Positions 50,926-62,966 of a stretch of 64,000 nt of DNA are shown here, in pieces (within the stretch, counting starts at the first letter, position 1; the number at the start of each line of letters is the position of its first letter). Source of the DNA: Callorhinchus milii (taxonomy: Eukaryota). Under the pieces are notes generated by a model that was not told where the DNA came from, searched no databases, and saw nothing but the letters and a program-made list of their open reading frames with translations. The stretch spans positions 94,304,001-94,368,000 of the forward strand of contig NW_024704743.1 of NCBI RefSeq assembly GCF_018977255.1, written 5' to 3'. Position numbers and translations under genes: made by a program.

Positions 50926-53337
50926 TGTTCACAATCCTTCTCCTCAAATTAAATGAAGACTGACAACCTCCAAACGCTTTGCGAAATCTTGATTTAAAAC
51001 TTATCAACAAGCAGTTGAAAAGCTATGAAAAGCTGGGTCTTATGGAGCAGTTTCCCAGCTCAGTGATACTTCTCTGGTGGCTCTATCCTTGAGTGAATTA
51101 GAGAGATAGATCGCTGTTGCAAAAGAGTGGAAAGAAGGCGAACAGCCCTGAGAACCCTACATAGAAATCCAGACCTCCCTCTGGCCAATAATGTTAAGAT
51201 ATTACATGAAAATGCATCAGCATTATCATATGCATAAATCAATGTAAATTGCACAATCCACATCTAAACATATATGAACAGAGGGACTTATAGGTGTCCT
51301 TAACGTTGTAATAAACAAAATCTGTAAGTTTTGCATTGGTTGGTAAGGCCAATTGGGGCCATGGTCAATATTCCTCTGAACCTCTCTTGCCACCTTGTAA
51401 AAGGCAGTCCATCAACTCTTAAATTTAACTTCTTTATCTCAAAAGTTCTCTTGCAATAAAAAACTGGTTTGATTTAAGCATCAATTAAATTCCTGATATC
51501 ACTTTCTCAGGTGATTTCGGGAGCAGTTTGGAATTGAATCAATGTGTGCGTTAATTCAATTTGCACTGCGCTCGTATCATCGCTACAATGCAAACATAAC
51601 AGCAAATCAACACTAACCATGCAGCATAAGGGACTCCAGACTGCTGTGACCAACAAGCATTCTGTTATTTGGACTGGTCTACTGAGCACTGCAAGATTAA
51701 ATAGAACTGATGACTGATGTTATTGAGAAGAGAATTCAACATTTTAATTGCCCACAACTGTGATCATTAACTCAAGTAAAATGTGAAAAGAGTAATGCGC
51801 TTGAGCGATTGATTCAATAATCTGAAGCTAATTTATGCAGAGTACATCAGATGGGAATACTGATTTCTGTACAAAAATCCCTCTCATCTTTCCATCGAAG
51901 CAAATTAAAATCCACAAAGAACCCAACTCACCGGAGTCAAAAAGATCTTCCTGACTCACGCATTGATGGACTTATACACTCATGAAAAAAAAAACCCTCC
52001 AGTATCCATCCATTGAAGACAAATTATCCTCTGTGTCCAAACAGGATGCTAAAAAGAGTTCCCCATCCCTCATAAAAATAGATTTAATGTAACTCTGAAC
52101 ATTGTACAAAATACAGCGTATACTTACTCCAAGGTTGCTCCTGTTTCCTTAAATTATACAATTTGAATTATGAAGTGTTCCATTTACTGACTGCATGCAG
52201 CCATTTTGTTTCTCTGAGGCCATTTGGGGCATTACGTGTTATTTTGCCTTGAGTGTCATTCTCCTCCTGACCTGAAAAGCGTTTAAACTCAAACATTAAT
52301 TTTATATCCTCTGTGGGAGAACCAGGAATACTACTTCCTGCTTATTGAATGACACTTGGATCATTCAGAATAAAAGAAAGCGCTTGATAATCATTGCTCT
52401 TGATTCACATCCTGCTTAAAAAATGGTGTTGAACCTCATATTCATGTTTCAGCTCTGCTATTATAGCTTTACGTGAACCCATACAATAATCTTAAAACAC
52501 TCTGTCCTAAACTTTTGAAATAGTATTTCCTTCTAGCTGATATAATTAAAATCCTTGACTTCGAAAGAATCACTAATCCTCTGAATAAAGTAAGACAATA
52601 TGGATTCAGACCTTCAAAACTAGCCAGCAAATACTGCATTTATCAAGGATAACTGTCCATATATACAGACCCACGGAGTACAAAGCTTGAGACCAGAAGT
52701 ATAAGCATTATATTCTAACATTTTGACTAGGTCTCTAAAAAGCCCTGGGAAACATTCTTCATCACTTACTCAGACCATTTTAAGTCTATCTTACAGGCAT
52801 TGCACTTTGCTGTGGCTAAGGATTTTAAACCTAACAATCTATTTTGAGAATAAGGCCATTAAGGATCCAATATATGACTAGGAGGATTAGTTAACAATAT
52901 CTTAGAAAACTACTCCCCTGCATGTGGATTTCTGACAATGCATTGTTTTATGTTATTTGTACTGTCCCTGCAATTAGAAGTCCAGTGTGAAGATTATATC
53001 ATCAAATGCAAGGATTATTATTAACCAATATATTGAGTAAGAAGCAAGGGTCTGTGGTTTTAAACATTTAGATAATAGGTGATTAAAACTTCAAGCTTCC
53101 TTTTAGTGATCATAACATTAAGAAAATTTCTCAGGTGTATCTTAACTGATTCAAATATAGCTCAATAAAAACTTAATGGAAATAAATTGATTTTATAAGG
53201 CATATTATTAAGTGGGTAAGTGAAGCAAGATACATATTTGCTCTGTGTGGGATAGAGAACAAGGTTGGGAGAATACAACAATCATTGAAAACTACTTTGA
53301 ATCTTTAATTCATTAATTAAAAAAGAAAGAACTTATA

Positions 53338-53632
53338 ATAATAGTAATCCTTGCATTTGATATTGTGCCTTTGATGCCGGATGACATCTCAAAGCACTTC
53401 ACAGGGCCTACTGTAAAGTGAAGTGACTGTGTATTTTGAGGGTGAATTCGGCAGCCAATTTGCACCCAGAAATGATCCACAAACAGTAATGAAACGAATG
53501 ATGAATTTTATTTGGGAGATTCTTGGCCAAGACATCGGGAGAAACTTCCTTTTATTTTCAAATAGTGTCATGGGATCTTTAACATTTCCCTGAACAGGCA
53601 AGTAAGACCTTGGTTTAACATCTCATCCTAAT
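53338..53632 (-). mobile_element. Deu SINE 3' half, truncated at the L2 insertion
   Basis: AATCCTTGCATTTGATA tail; AATAGTGTCATGGGATCTTTAAC...GTTTAACATCTCATCC. Confidence 0.8.
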
Positions 53633-54376
53633 GAGCTGTCCTTTCTCCCTCATATCCGCTCCACAACTGGCACTGCCTTCCATCACCTCCGGAATATCGC
53701 CAGACTACGGCACTGCCTCACCCCTCACGCTGCTGAAACTCTGGTCCACGCCTTTATCACCCCAAGGCTGGACTATGGGAACTCTCTCCTCGCCGGCCTT
53801 CCCGGCACCTCCCTCCACAAGCTGCAGGTCATTCAGAACTCTGCAGCTCGTGTACTGTCCCGCACCAGGCTCCGCGACCACATCACTCCCACCCTCGCTC
53901 GCCTCCACTGGCTCCCCATCCCCCAGAGGATCGAATTCAAGATACTCATCCTCGCCTACAAGGCCATTCACGGCCTTGCTCCCTCCTACCTCTCTGACCT
54001 ACTATCCCCCTACCTACCTGCCCGTACCCTCCGATCCTCTGGCTCCGGTCTGCTCCACATCCCCCCACCCCCAACCGCCCTACCATCGGTGGCTGGGCTT
54101 TCAGCCTCTCAGCCCCTCGGCTCTGGAACTCTATCCCCCAGTGCCTTCGCCGCCTCCTCCCTTACCTCCTTCAAGGCCGGTCTCAAGACCTTTCTCTTTG
54201 ACCGTGCCTTCAGCTCCCCTCTCGACTCTCTACCCCCTCCTCGCTCCCTCCCTTCCCTCCCCTCACCCTGACCATTTCCCCCTTGCTCGGGTCCTGACCC
54301 AACTGTACAGCGCCTTGGGACGTCCTCCCGATGTGATAGGCGCTCTATAAATGGAATCTTGTTGTTGTTGTTGTTG
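53633..54376 (+). mobile_element. Young L2 3' fragment (~745 bp)
   Basis: Highly similar to the reverse complement of ~21817-22597; (TTG)n tail. Confidence 0.93.
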
Positions 54377-55239
54377 GCATCTCACAATTAGGATGAGATG
54401 TTAAACCAACATTCTTCCAGGGCTGCAATTCGACAATTTAACTTTTAACAGTTTAACAATTTAACACCACATGGTGGATTGGTCTTTCACCTACCCAACT
54501 GAGTTCAACCACCTCCCGTTTAGGTCACAATTGAGATCAAGAGCTTGCTGTATGGAAAGTCTCATGGATGAATTCTTATACTTGGTACAATGCTGGTGAG
54601 TTATTGCCTTCTATTATCAAACCAATTTTGCAAGGGATTTTGTTATTTGGTCCCTTGTAGCCAAAAATGTAGCTCAATATACCCGTACTTTTGCTATCAC
54701 ATCGAAACAATAGAATTTTTTAAAATGCAATAGGACTTGCAATTTGCCCTGTAAAATCTCACTATTTTGGTTTCAGGATTCTATAACCTTTGGCTAATAC
54801 AAAATTTTTAAACAGAGTTTCCTGAACCAATATTGAGAGGGGGGTGGGGAGATAGAATGCAGGATATAATGGAATTATTATAATGTCCGCATCCCATATT
54901 TTGGTTCAGACTGCTATTCTTTCCACTTTCACTTCTTTATATACGCAATTAGACAACACTGTCTTTCTAACCTGTCCAATGATTGCCAGCAGGAAGCATA
55001 ATTACATATTGATTAGTAAACCCACACACCCAGCACTAATGCAATCTAAGTGAATTACATCCATCCTAAAGAGTCTATTTAATAAAAACAAGTTTTGGGT
55101 TCATTACTAACTGTGAGTTGTGCACAACTTCATTTACACACAGTTGAATGACAGCGTGTTCAACATTTATTTAGGTTACTATTTGGGATAAGTTAGGCAA
55201 ATGATTAACGCAAACAATGCAATAAATTTGCCTTCTCTC

Positions 55240-55529
55240 CACTGGGTCTGGCCTCCTACTTGTCCCCCGAATCCTCCACTCCACCATCGGCAGCTGTGCC
55301 TTCAGCCACTATGCCCCGAGGCTCTGGAACTCCCTTGCTCCCTCCCTTCGCCTCGCCCCCTCTCTTCCTATTTTCAGGTCTCGGCTGAAGACCTTTCTTT
55401 TCGACCGCGCCTTTAGTCACCTTCCTCCCCCTCCCCCTGGCTCGGCCCCGGGATCCGTTACTGTGAAGCGCTCTGAGACGCCGTCCGGTGTGGAGGACGC
55501 TATATAAATCCAAGTTGTTGTTGTTGTTG
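55240..55529 (+). mobile_element. L2 type-B 3' fragment
   Basis: GCGCTCTGAGACGCCGTCCGGTGTGGAGGACGCTATATAAATCCAAG(TTG)n. Confidence 0.85.
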
Positions 55530-58500
55530 TATTCATAAATGATTTTGTTCACAGAACACAAATATACATGGAACATGGGAAATATTAAGGAAAAATCACT
55601 GATTTCCCAACATACAATAAAACAATTAAACATGTGTGATCCACGATTGCCTGCTTAGCATCAATGGAGTGAGTGATTAATTTTCTTTAGGAGATTTATT
55701 GGCCAGGACATCAGGAGAAACTCCCTTCTCTTTTCGAATAGTACAATGAGATGTTTAATATCCACCTGAACAGGCAGTTGGGACCTCAGTTTAAAGTCTC
55801 AACTGAAGAGACGGCACCTCCAACAAAGAAACATACCCGCAGCACTGCTTTGGAGTATCACTGTGTGAGTTCAAATCCTAACTCAGAGGCTATCACTGAG
55901 CAAGCTGATACACAAAGGAGAAGTTTGCAGGACATTTTTGGCCTGTAGGCCCTAATACGTCCATGTTGCTCCACGGTCTCACCCCGTCTCTGTGACTTGC
56001 TACAATCTATTTTCAGAATATGGGCACGACTGGTCACTCCGTTCCTTTTAAGTGATCACCGGCCTGCATCACATACACTGTCTTAACTACCCCACCATCG
56101 GCAGGCAGGCTTTCAGTGATTCAGCCCCCTTTGCAACTCGATCCTGCAGCCTCTCTGATTCGCTCGCTCGTTGAAACCATGTCTCAAATCGCATCTCTTT
56201 GATTGCGCTTTCTGTCATCTTTCCGCTCCGCAGCTTGTTGGCTCCCATCCCCAGCTCGAATACTCATTGAAACACTTTCACATGCCCTCCCTATGTGATA
56301 GGTGCAAAATAAAAGTAAATTGTATTGTATGTGTTGCCAATGGATGTTGACCCAACATAGAAAGAAATCTATGGCAGTGCACCTTGGTGCCTTTAACCTA
56401 GTAAACGCACCACTATTTGATATCTTTACAGTTCCTAAAATATGGCTTAGAACATGGAAATCTGAGGGTATTGCAACCAGAAATGCCGTTTTATAATTAA
56501 TTTAATTCATTTACATTTTTAAAACAAATGTAAAATAAATGTAAAACCAAACCAATCACAGTTAGAAATGACATTGCACATCCACAAGTGAATTACAAAG
56601 TAGTCATGAACTTCAGGGTTCAGATGACCAACACTGCTGGACTGTCATTCTTGCACTTTGGGTGTAAAAGTGACATATGGTAAATGTTATGTAAATATTG
56701 AATCCCACTGATAACTGTGCGTCACACTCTGATTTGCCCAGAAGGAAAGCATGTCAGAGCAGAGTTCCCGCAGGTCAGCCATACACACATTTGGCTACCA
56801 GCAGGATTTGATATTTCTGGATCCCTTTCGGATTCTGTCGTAAATACTGCGCCCACCCTACCTTTTTGATGTTACCTGAATTGCCCCCAGCCCTCGAATT
56901 CAGACATTGCCTTGTACTGCGCGTTAAAAAACTTTTATTCACCATTGGTGCTTCAGGGGACGCCATCCCAGGTCCCTCCTTCTTGCCCCCATCCCCACCA
57001 CCTCCAAAATCCCACCTTGAGACCTATCTTTTCAACTGCTTTGTTTCATCTTCCCCTCCCATCAGCTTTCTCCCTCACGTGAGCTCCTAGTCAATTATTT
57101 GAAGTGCTTTGAGATGTCCTCCTTATGTGAAAAGAGCTATATAAATGTAAATTATTGTTGCTTTCAGACAAAGGAATGAATTTGAGATAGAAGAGCTTGC
57201 TAGAAACAGTACTGGGGGAAGCCGTGAAACACTGCAGTATGTAAAGATGATTACTTGTACTCTAAGTCTTTGCTAATTTGTCTTTTCACTAATCAACATA
57301 GCTTTCATCTTTAAAAAATAGCTGCATTATGGCTGAAGGGCATCTATCAGTTTGCCCCACTGTTCTCTACCTTTGGTCTCACTTTGCGTGGTTTGGAAAC
57401 CAAAGCTGTAGAAATTGTTCATGTAATTACACAAAGTACAGTATTCCTTAAAAAGCAGATGGGAGTTTTACAGCAGCAACCAGGTCTCTAAGGTGTCATA
57501 CATGGGGCTCTTCTGTAAACATCAATCAATAATGTGGTGGAATGTGTCTGTAGGAAATGAGAAGATTAGACAAGTTTATATAAATAAAGATAAAACTCTG
57601 AAATTCTCCTGGAACACTAAATTAGGATAGGCGTTATTTATTATCAGGTGCTTTGGATTATGTGTATAAAATTATACGTTGCCTTTAACTGATTAATTGT
57701 ACTGACTGAAGCTAGCACAAAAAATTTCAAATAGCTTCAGCCAGAACAAGTATTAACAGCCATGATGCTGGATGTAAGCAAACAGCAAACTGTACAAAAT
57801 GAGTCCGACAAGAAAGTGTGACCTTTAATCAAGAGCAGAACTGCAATGACATATCCCATCTCACAAATATAGATCTGGTTGAAAATAACAATGTGACATG
57901 CAATAAAAAATGTCTTAAACAGATTCCTCTCAAATTCTGGAGCCCGGTCTCTATATTTCGGTTGCTTGTGGGTCTTGCTCACCATGGCTGAGATGTGACC
58001 GAGTGTGTGGTTATATAAGTAGGTAAAATCAGTTTAAACATTGCCAATGCAGGATGTGATTGATGGTGTTAGTGCGCATGGCTGAATCGTTCCACAGCAT
58101 GCGCATTTGTGCAATTCAAAGGATCTCGCAGTAATTCTTAACCTGCTTTTCCTTTTCGCTCTGTGGGTTTTATTTTGCCCCCAAAGCTTTTATTAGCCAA
58201 AGAAGAAAATATTAAACTGGATATCAAGCGATAGGCAAAAAATAATTTTCTGCCTATAAAATTAAACAATTCATGGATATATTCGTCTGGGTATTTTTTT
58301 ACTACAATCAGAAATGTTCTAATGAAGCTGGGCATTCAATGGTTATTAGTTAAAGGCCCATTATTTAAAGGCTCATAGCCAGCTCAGCAACCCAATTACA
58401 AACCATTTTCAATCACACTAAATGCAGCACATACTACACTAAGTATTATTCTGCACACAATGGAAGCAACAACCAATAAATAACAACACCTACTTGCATT

Positions 58501-60300
58501 TATTTTGCGCCCTTCACGCGGGGCAGCATCTCGGAGCGCTTTAAAACAAATTTGGAATATTCAAGTATGCATTTTCATTTTAATAAAGGATTTGCTGTTT
58601 GTGTTGACTAATATTATGGTAACAGTTAGGGCAATGAAGACAGGACACAGGCACGGAATAACTGTAACTGCAGTGAGAGGAAGAGAATGACCATTCACCT
58701 ATCCATTACTCGCATGCACCAGTTTTATTCCCAGTCTCATGTTCCTCTTCAACCACCATTGACTTGTCCACCCTGACAGCATGTGAATCATGAAGTCGGG
58801 TGTAAATGTCATAGATATGAACAAGGCACACGTTCAGAAGTATGCTGATGTTTTGATGTGCAACTCTAAATGTTTCAGTTTCTGTGGGGTTAATAGATTT
58901 TGATATAGAACAATAGAAGGTTTACAGTACAGAAGGAAGCTATTCGGTCCATCGTATCTATGCAGTTGCTTGCTCTCCCATAACCTAAAATTATATGGTT
59001 TCTCAAATATTTATCTAATTCTTTTTAAATGCTGTTAATTATTTAATGTAAACATTCATGGTCAGTCTTACAAGAATCATTCTTTTAACAGCCTTAGAGT
59101 CATCGGCAAAGGTAGTGCAGTAATCAATGAGGTTAAAATGTAGAACATTAAATAAGCAAGAAAGGTAATTGATTTATATCTCTCATATTTGAAAAGGGCA
59201 GCACATTGCATGTGTCATTTTTTTGCTAACATGTTGCAAATATGTCCATCCCTCGGTTGTATGTACTTAGAAATTTATAGATGTGCAAAACTAACCTTTA
59301 TATCGCAATACAATATGCATTGATATAGTTCCTTTCACATCAGGAAGATATCTCAAATAGAACAAGAGTAGGGAGTAATTCTATAAAAGTGTCTCTGCCT
59401 CTCACCATCCCCTGGCAGAAAGTGATGTGGCCTTTGAGATATGAATAAAGACATATACATTTTACATCAAGAATGAAAAGCTTGCTTATTTTGGAATACT
59501 TTTGTCTACATACAACTGTGCAACATCATATTTTGAGAATATACTCCTACTTGAGACATCTCTTAATTTGTCATGGCTAAAAGTAATTGGGAACCGGAAC
59601 CTTATAGCTGCCATGGCTTAATCAACGAGTAATACAAATCAATCAGTAAATAGCTAGAGGTTTGAAGAAAACACAGGAACATTTAACCCGTTTTTCCATA
59701 AAAATAGGCTCAATGTTACATATCCTTTTGTTGTTCAAAGTTAAGCTTGGAAACATATGATATGTATTTTATATTGTATTCAGGGTTGCTCCATTATAAC
59801 CACCACTAAACATTCTACGTACAAGAAATGGTGCTACTTCTCTCACAAACATGCAAGAAGCGACATCAGCAACGACCCAAACGTCAACCATTTTTTGTGC
59901 GTCTTTTTAACATAAATTCTGAGATATTGGCCCTGTATTTGTTTGTTTGGAAGATGTCTGCAACTCCTGCAAATATTTTACAAAAATTCTAAATTCAACC
60001 ACAAATAGTGAGTCTAATCAGTTTAAGCTGCAGCTGCAACAATGGACTACTTTTTGTGAAACTTCACATTGATTTTGCGTGAATGTAAATCCACTTGTAA
60101 CATGTAAATCTAAAATGTAGCATTTTTAGTAAGCAGAACAAGTTGTGTATTTTAAATAGTTATACTTGGGCGTTCTTACTGTATTCAAAATTGAGCACAA
60201 AATATATTGTTTTATTCGTTATGCCTTTAAATAAAACATTTATGAAGTTGTTTTGCTTAATCGCTGCTTCTCAAAACATGCATTCAAGAGATTCACTTAC

Positions 60301-60384
60301 CCCTTGTTAGGACTGGGGCTTCCTGAGGTTATTACTGAATGGGAGAACATGGTGTCATTCATATTTGGAGAGGATCTTGGAGGT
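60301..60384 (-). CDS. DTNA: Alpha-dystrobrevin exon (PPRSSPNMNDTMFSHSVITSGSPSPNKG), the most 5' exon recognised in the window
   Basis: 84 nt, phase 2 to 2, TCTTCTTAG acceptor, GTAAGT donor; matches PPRPVTSMNDTLFSHSVPSSGSP. Confidence 0.92.
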
Positions 60385-60463
60385 CTAAGAAGACATGGAA
60401 ATTAAAGCTTAAAAGTGTGTTTCATTAAAATAAATGTATTTTATTAATGTATTTGCAAATATA

Positions 60464-60776
60464 TAATAATAATCCTTGCATTTGATATAGCGCTTTTCAC
60501 GTCGGGAGGACGTCCCAAAGCGCTTCACAGAACACACTGTAAAGTGAATTGACTGTATATTTGTGGGCGAACGCGGCAGCCAATTGCGCACAGCAATGTC
60601 CCACAAACAGTCGTAGATTGAAAATGACCAATTTATTATTGTTTTTTGTTTTGGAGGGATTATTATTGGGCGTGTGGAGTAAGGAAGCTTGCCCAAGGTT
60701 TCGCCCTCTGCTTGGAATTGAACTCAGGTCTCTCGCTTGCAAAGCGAGTGCTCTAACCACTGAGCTACAGGACTCC
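60464..60776 (-). mobile_element. Mosaic SINE with L2-type-A loop in its tail
   Basis: GGAGTCCTGTAGCTCAGTGGTTAGAGCACTCGCTTTGCAAGCGAG head; tail GCGCTTTGGGACGTCCTCCCGACGTGAAAAGCGCTATATCAAATGCAAGG(ATT)n. Confidence 0.85.
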
Positions 60777-62417
60777 AATATATATCTCTTCAGTGGCACT
60801 ATATTGTACAACACAATCTTTTCTTAGATAAATTATGAAGGCAAATTTATTCTACACAAAACATTAAAGGTTATATCATGTAACTAAGCTTACCCAGTTG
60901 CTGCAAATCTCTAATCCAGTCCCTTTTTAAAAAGCCTTTATAGTTCTCTATTTCCCTCTGTATTGGTAGCTTGTTCCATGTGCCTCCCACACTTTTGCTA
61001 AAATAAATGCTCCTGCCTTTTTGTTGCCTTCATTTGTAGTAGTTGGCCCAGAGCAAACACTTCTATAAATTTGGACATGATTGTTTGTAAATTCTGCTTT
61101 AAATTCATAATTACTGCAACTAGGATTGTGCAGATGTACTAACCAACTAGTACAATTCCAATTCAAATAATAAACCTTTTATAGAAATAGTGCACATTAT
61201 TGACAATAATGTTAATTTACCTAAATGCAGATTTTGAAAAAAAATCTATATCTAAACACCATTTAGTAAAGCACAAGGAAGGGGAACCCCAGCCAGCCAG
61301 GTTGCTGCTCCTCATCCCTCTTCAACACTCCTCTTTTGATTGTGTGCATGTGTGGCAGTCAGGTGAGGAGAGGTTAGGCTCTCTGTGACACCATCTACAG
61401 TTGAGTGGCCTCACACATGAACAACGGTCTCTTGACTTGGTTTCCTGGAGGCAACCAGCATCCGTGGAACCATACCCAGCAAGAGGAGGCTAGGGACCAG
61501 GTGCAGAGACATATGCCAGTGGGTGGGGGATAAATGAAAAAAAATGGACACAATAAATGATCAAAAAGAACAATTACTTAAACACTTTAAATAAACCAGA
61601 AATGCAGTATTCCAGTTACAATTTCAATTCTTTTAGTTTAATCTTTTCAAAGCTTGGCAAAACCCCCCTTTGCATAAAGATATTGTGCTGATCAACATCA
61701 CTCTGAAAGGGGAGGGTGTTTATTGCACTTGGAGCCGGCTGAAGGGTTATATGCTTTGAAACTGTTAAATGTTAAACAGAGTTTTGTTGTGTGAAACATT
61801 TTTAACTAATTTGACTTAAAAAACTTATGGTTTAAAAGAAGAAATGACAGTCTTTGGAGTATCGCAAAGAGGTGCTATTACCTTTTCATTGCTGTCAATT
61901 TAATGGAAGTATTCCTTAACCTAATGTTTACTTTGAAGATGCAAGAGATACCATTAATAAAATAAAAAAACCCGCTGCTAAGGAGGAAATCTGTCTATCT
62001 TTGTTTAAAATCGCAGAACTATATCGAAACATCCACTTATCTAGTTAACACACATGAATAATAGAAATGATTAGAGAATACAGAAAGCTGTTTTGTAAAG
62101 AATAAATTTGTGAAAATTAACTGAATGGAGGGCGGCTGTCCTAAATCAATGGAACAGGGGCGTTAATAATTCCATTTAATCCAGAGTTAAAGATATGGCG
62201 TTAGTGCATATTAAAGCATTATTGATGGAAATAGTTTAAAATACAGGAATATTATAATGTTTAGAGGTCAGAATTGTGTTCTGTTGGAAGCAAGGATATC
62301 ATGTTCTACACAGAGGACAGTTATTGAGCATTCACAAGATTGGTTTGGATGAAGATGGCCCTTCTGATCACACCTTACCGTCACACCCATCACAGCAGCA
62401 AGCTGCTTTTTAAATGA

Positions 62418-62966
62418 ACAAAACACAAAATACTGCAAATGCTAGAATCTGAAACAAAAACAGAAAGAGCTGGAAAACTCAACAGGTCAGGCAGGATCTA
62501 TGGAGAAAGGAAAGTGAGTCAACGTTTCAGGTCCACGACCCTTTGTCAGAACTGGGGCATGTTGGGAGGGAGAGGTTTTTAAGGACAAGTTGAGAGGGAG
62601 AGGCAGGACAAGGACGAAAAAGAAGACAAAAAAGAAGACAAAGGAGAGAATGTGTTAGTTGATGGGTTAAAGAGATGATAGTGGCGTAAAACAAAAGGGG
62701 GGTTATACAACAAAAGGGGGGGTGGGTTGAAACAAAACTAGGGAGAAGCGGTGTTAATGGTGCAGAACAGGCAACACACCTTTGTCTTTTTTGTCTTCTT
62801 TGTCGTCCTTGTCCTGCCTCCCCCCACCCTCAACTTGTCCTTAAAAACCTCTCCCTCCCAACATGCCCCAGTTCTGACGAAGAGTCGTGGACCCGAAATG
62901 TTAACTCACTTTCCTTTCTCCATGGATGCTGCCTGACCTGCTGTGTTTTCCAGCTCTTTCTGTTTT
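62418..62966. mobile_element. Penelope-like inverted terminal-repeat insertion (arms ~62455-62644 and ~62779-62968) with 14-bp TSD
   Basis: The arms are reverse complements; TGCTTTTTAAATGA is duplicated at 62404-62417 and 62967-62980; each arm has a CTGAC(G/A)A...GAAA(C/T)GTT motif. Confidence 0.8.
62870..62906 (+). ncRNA. Minimal type-I hammerhead ribozyme-like motif (Penelope-associated)
   Basis: AGTT-CTGACGA-AGAGTC-GTG-GACCC-GAAA-TGTT-AACT: stem I AGTT/AACT, conserved core, short stem II, loopless stem III. Confidence 0.55.
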
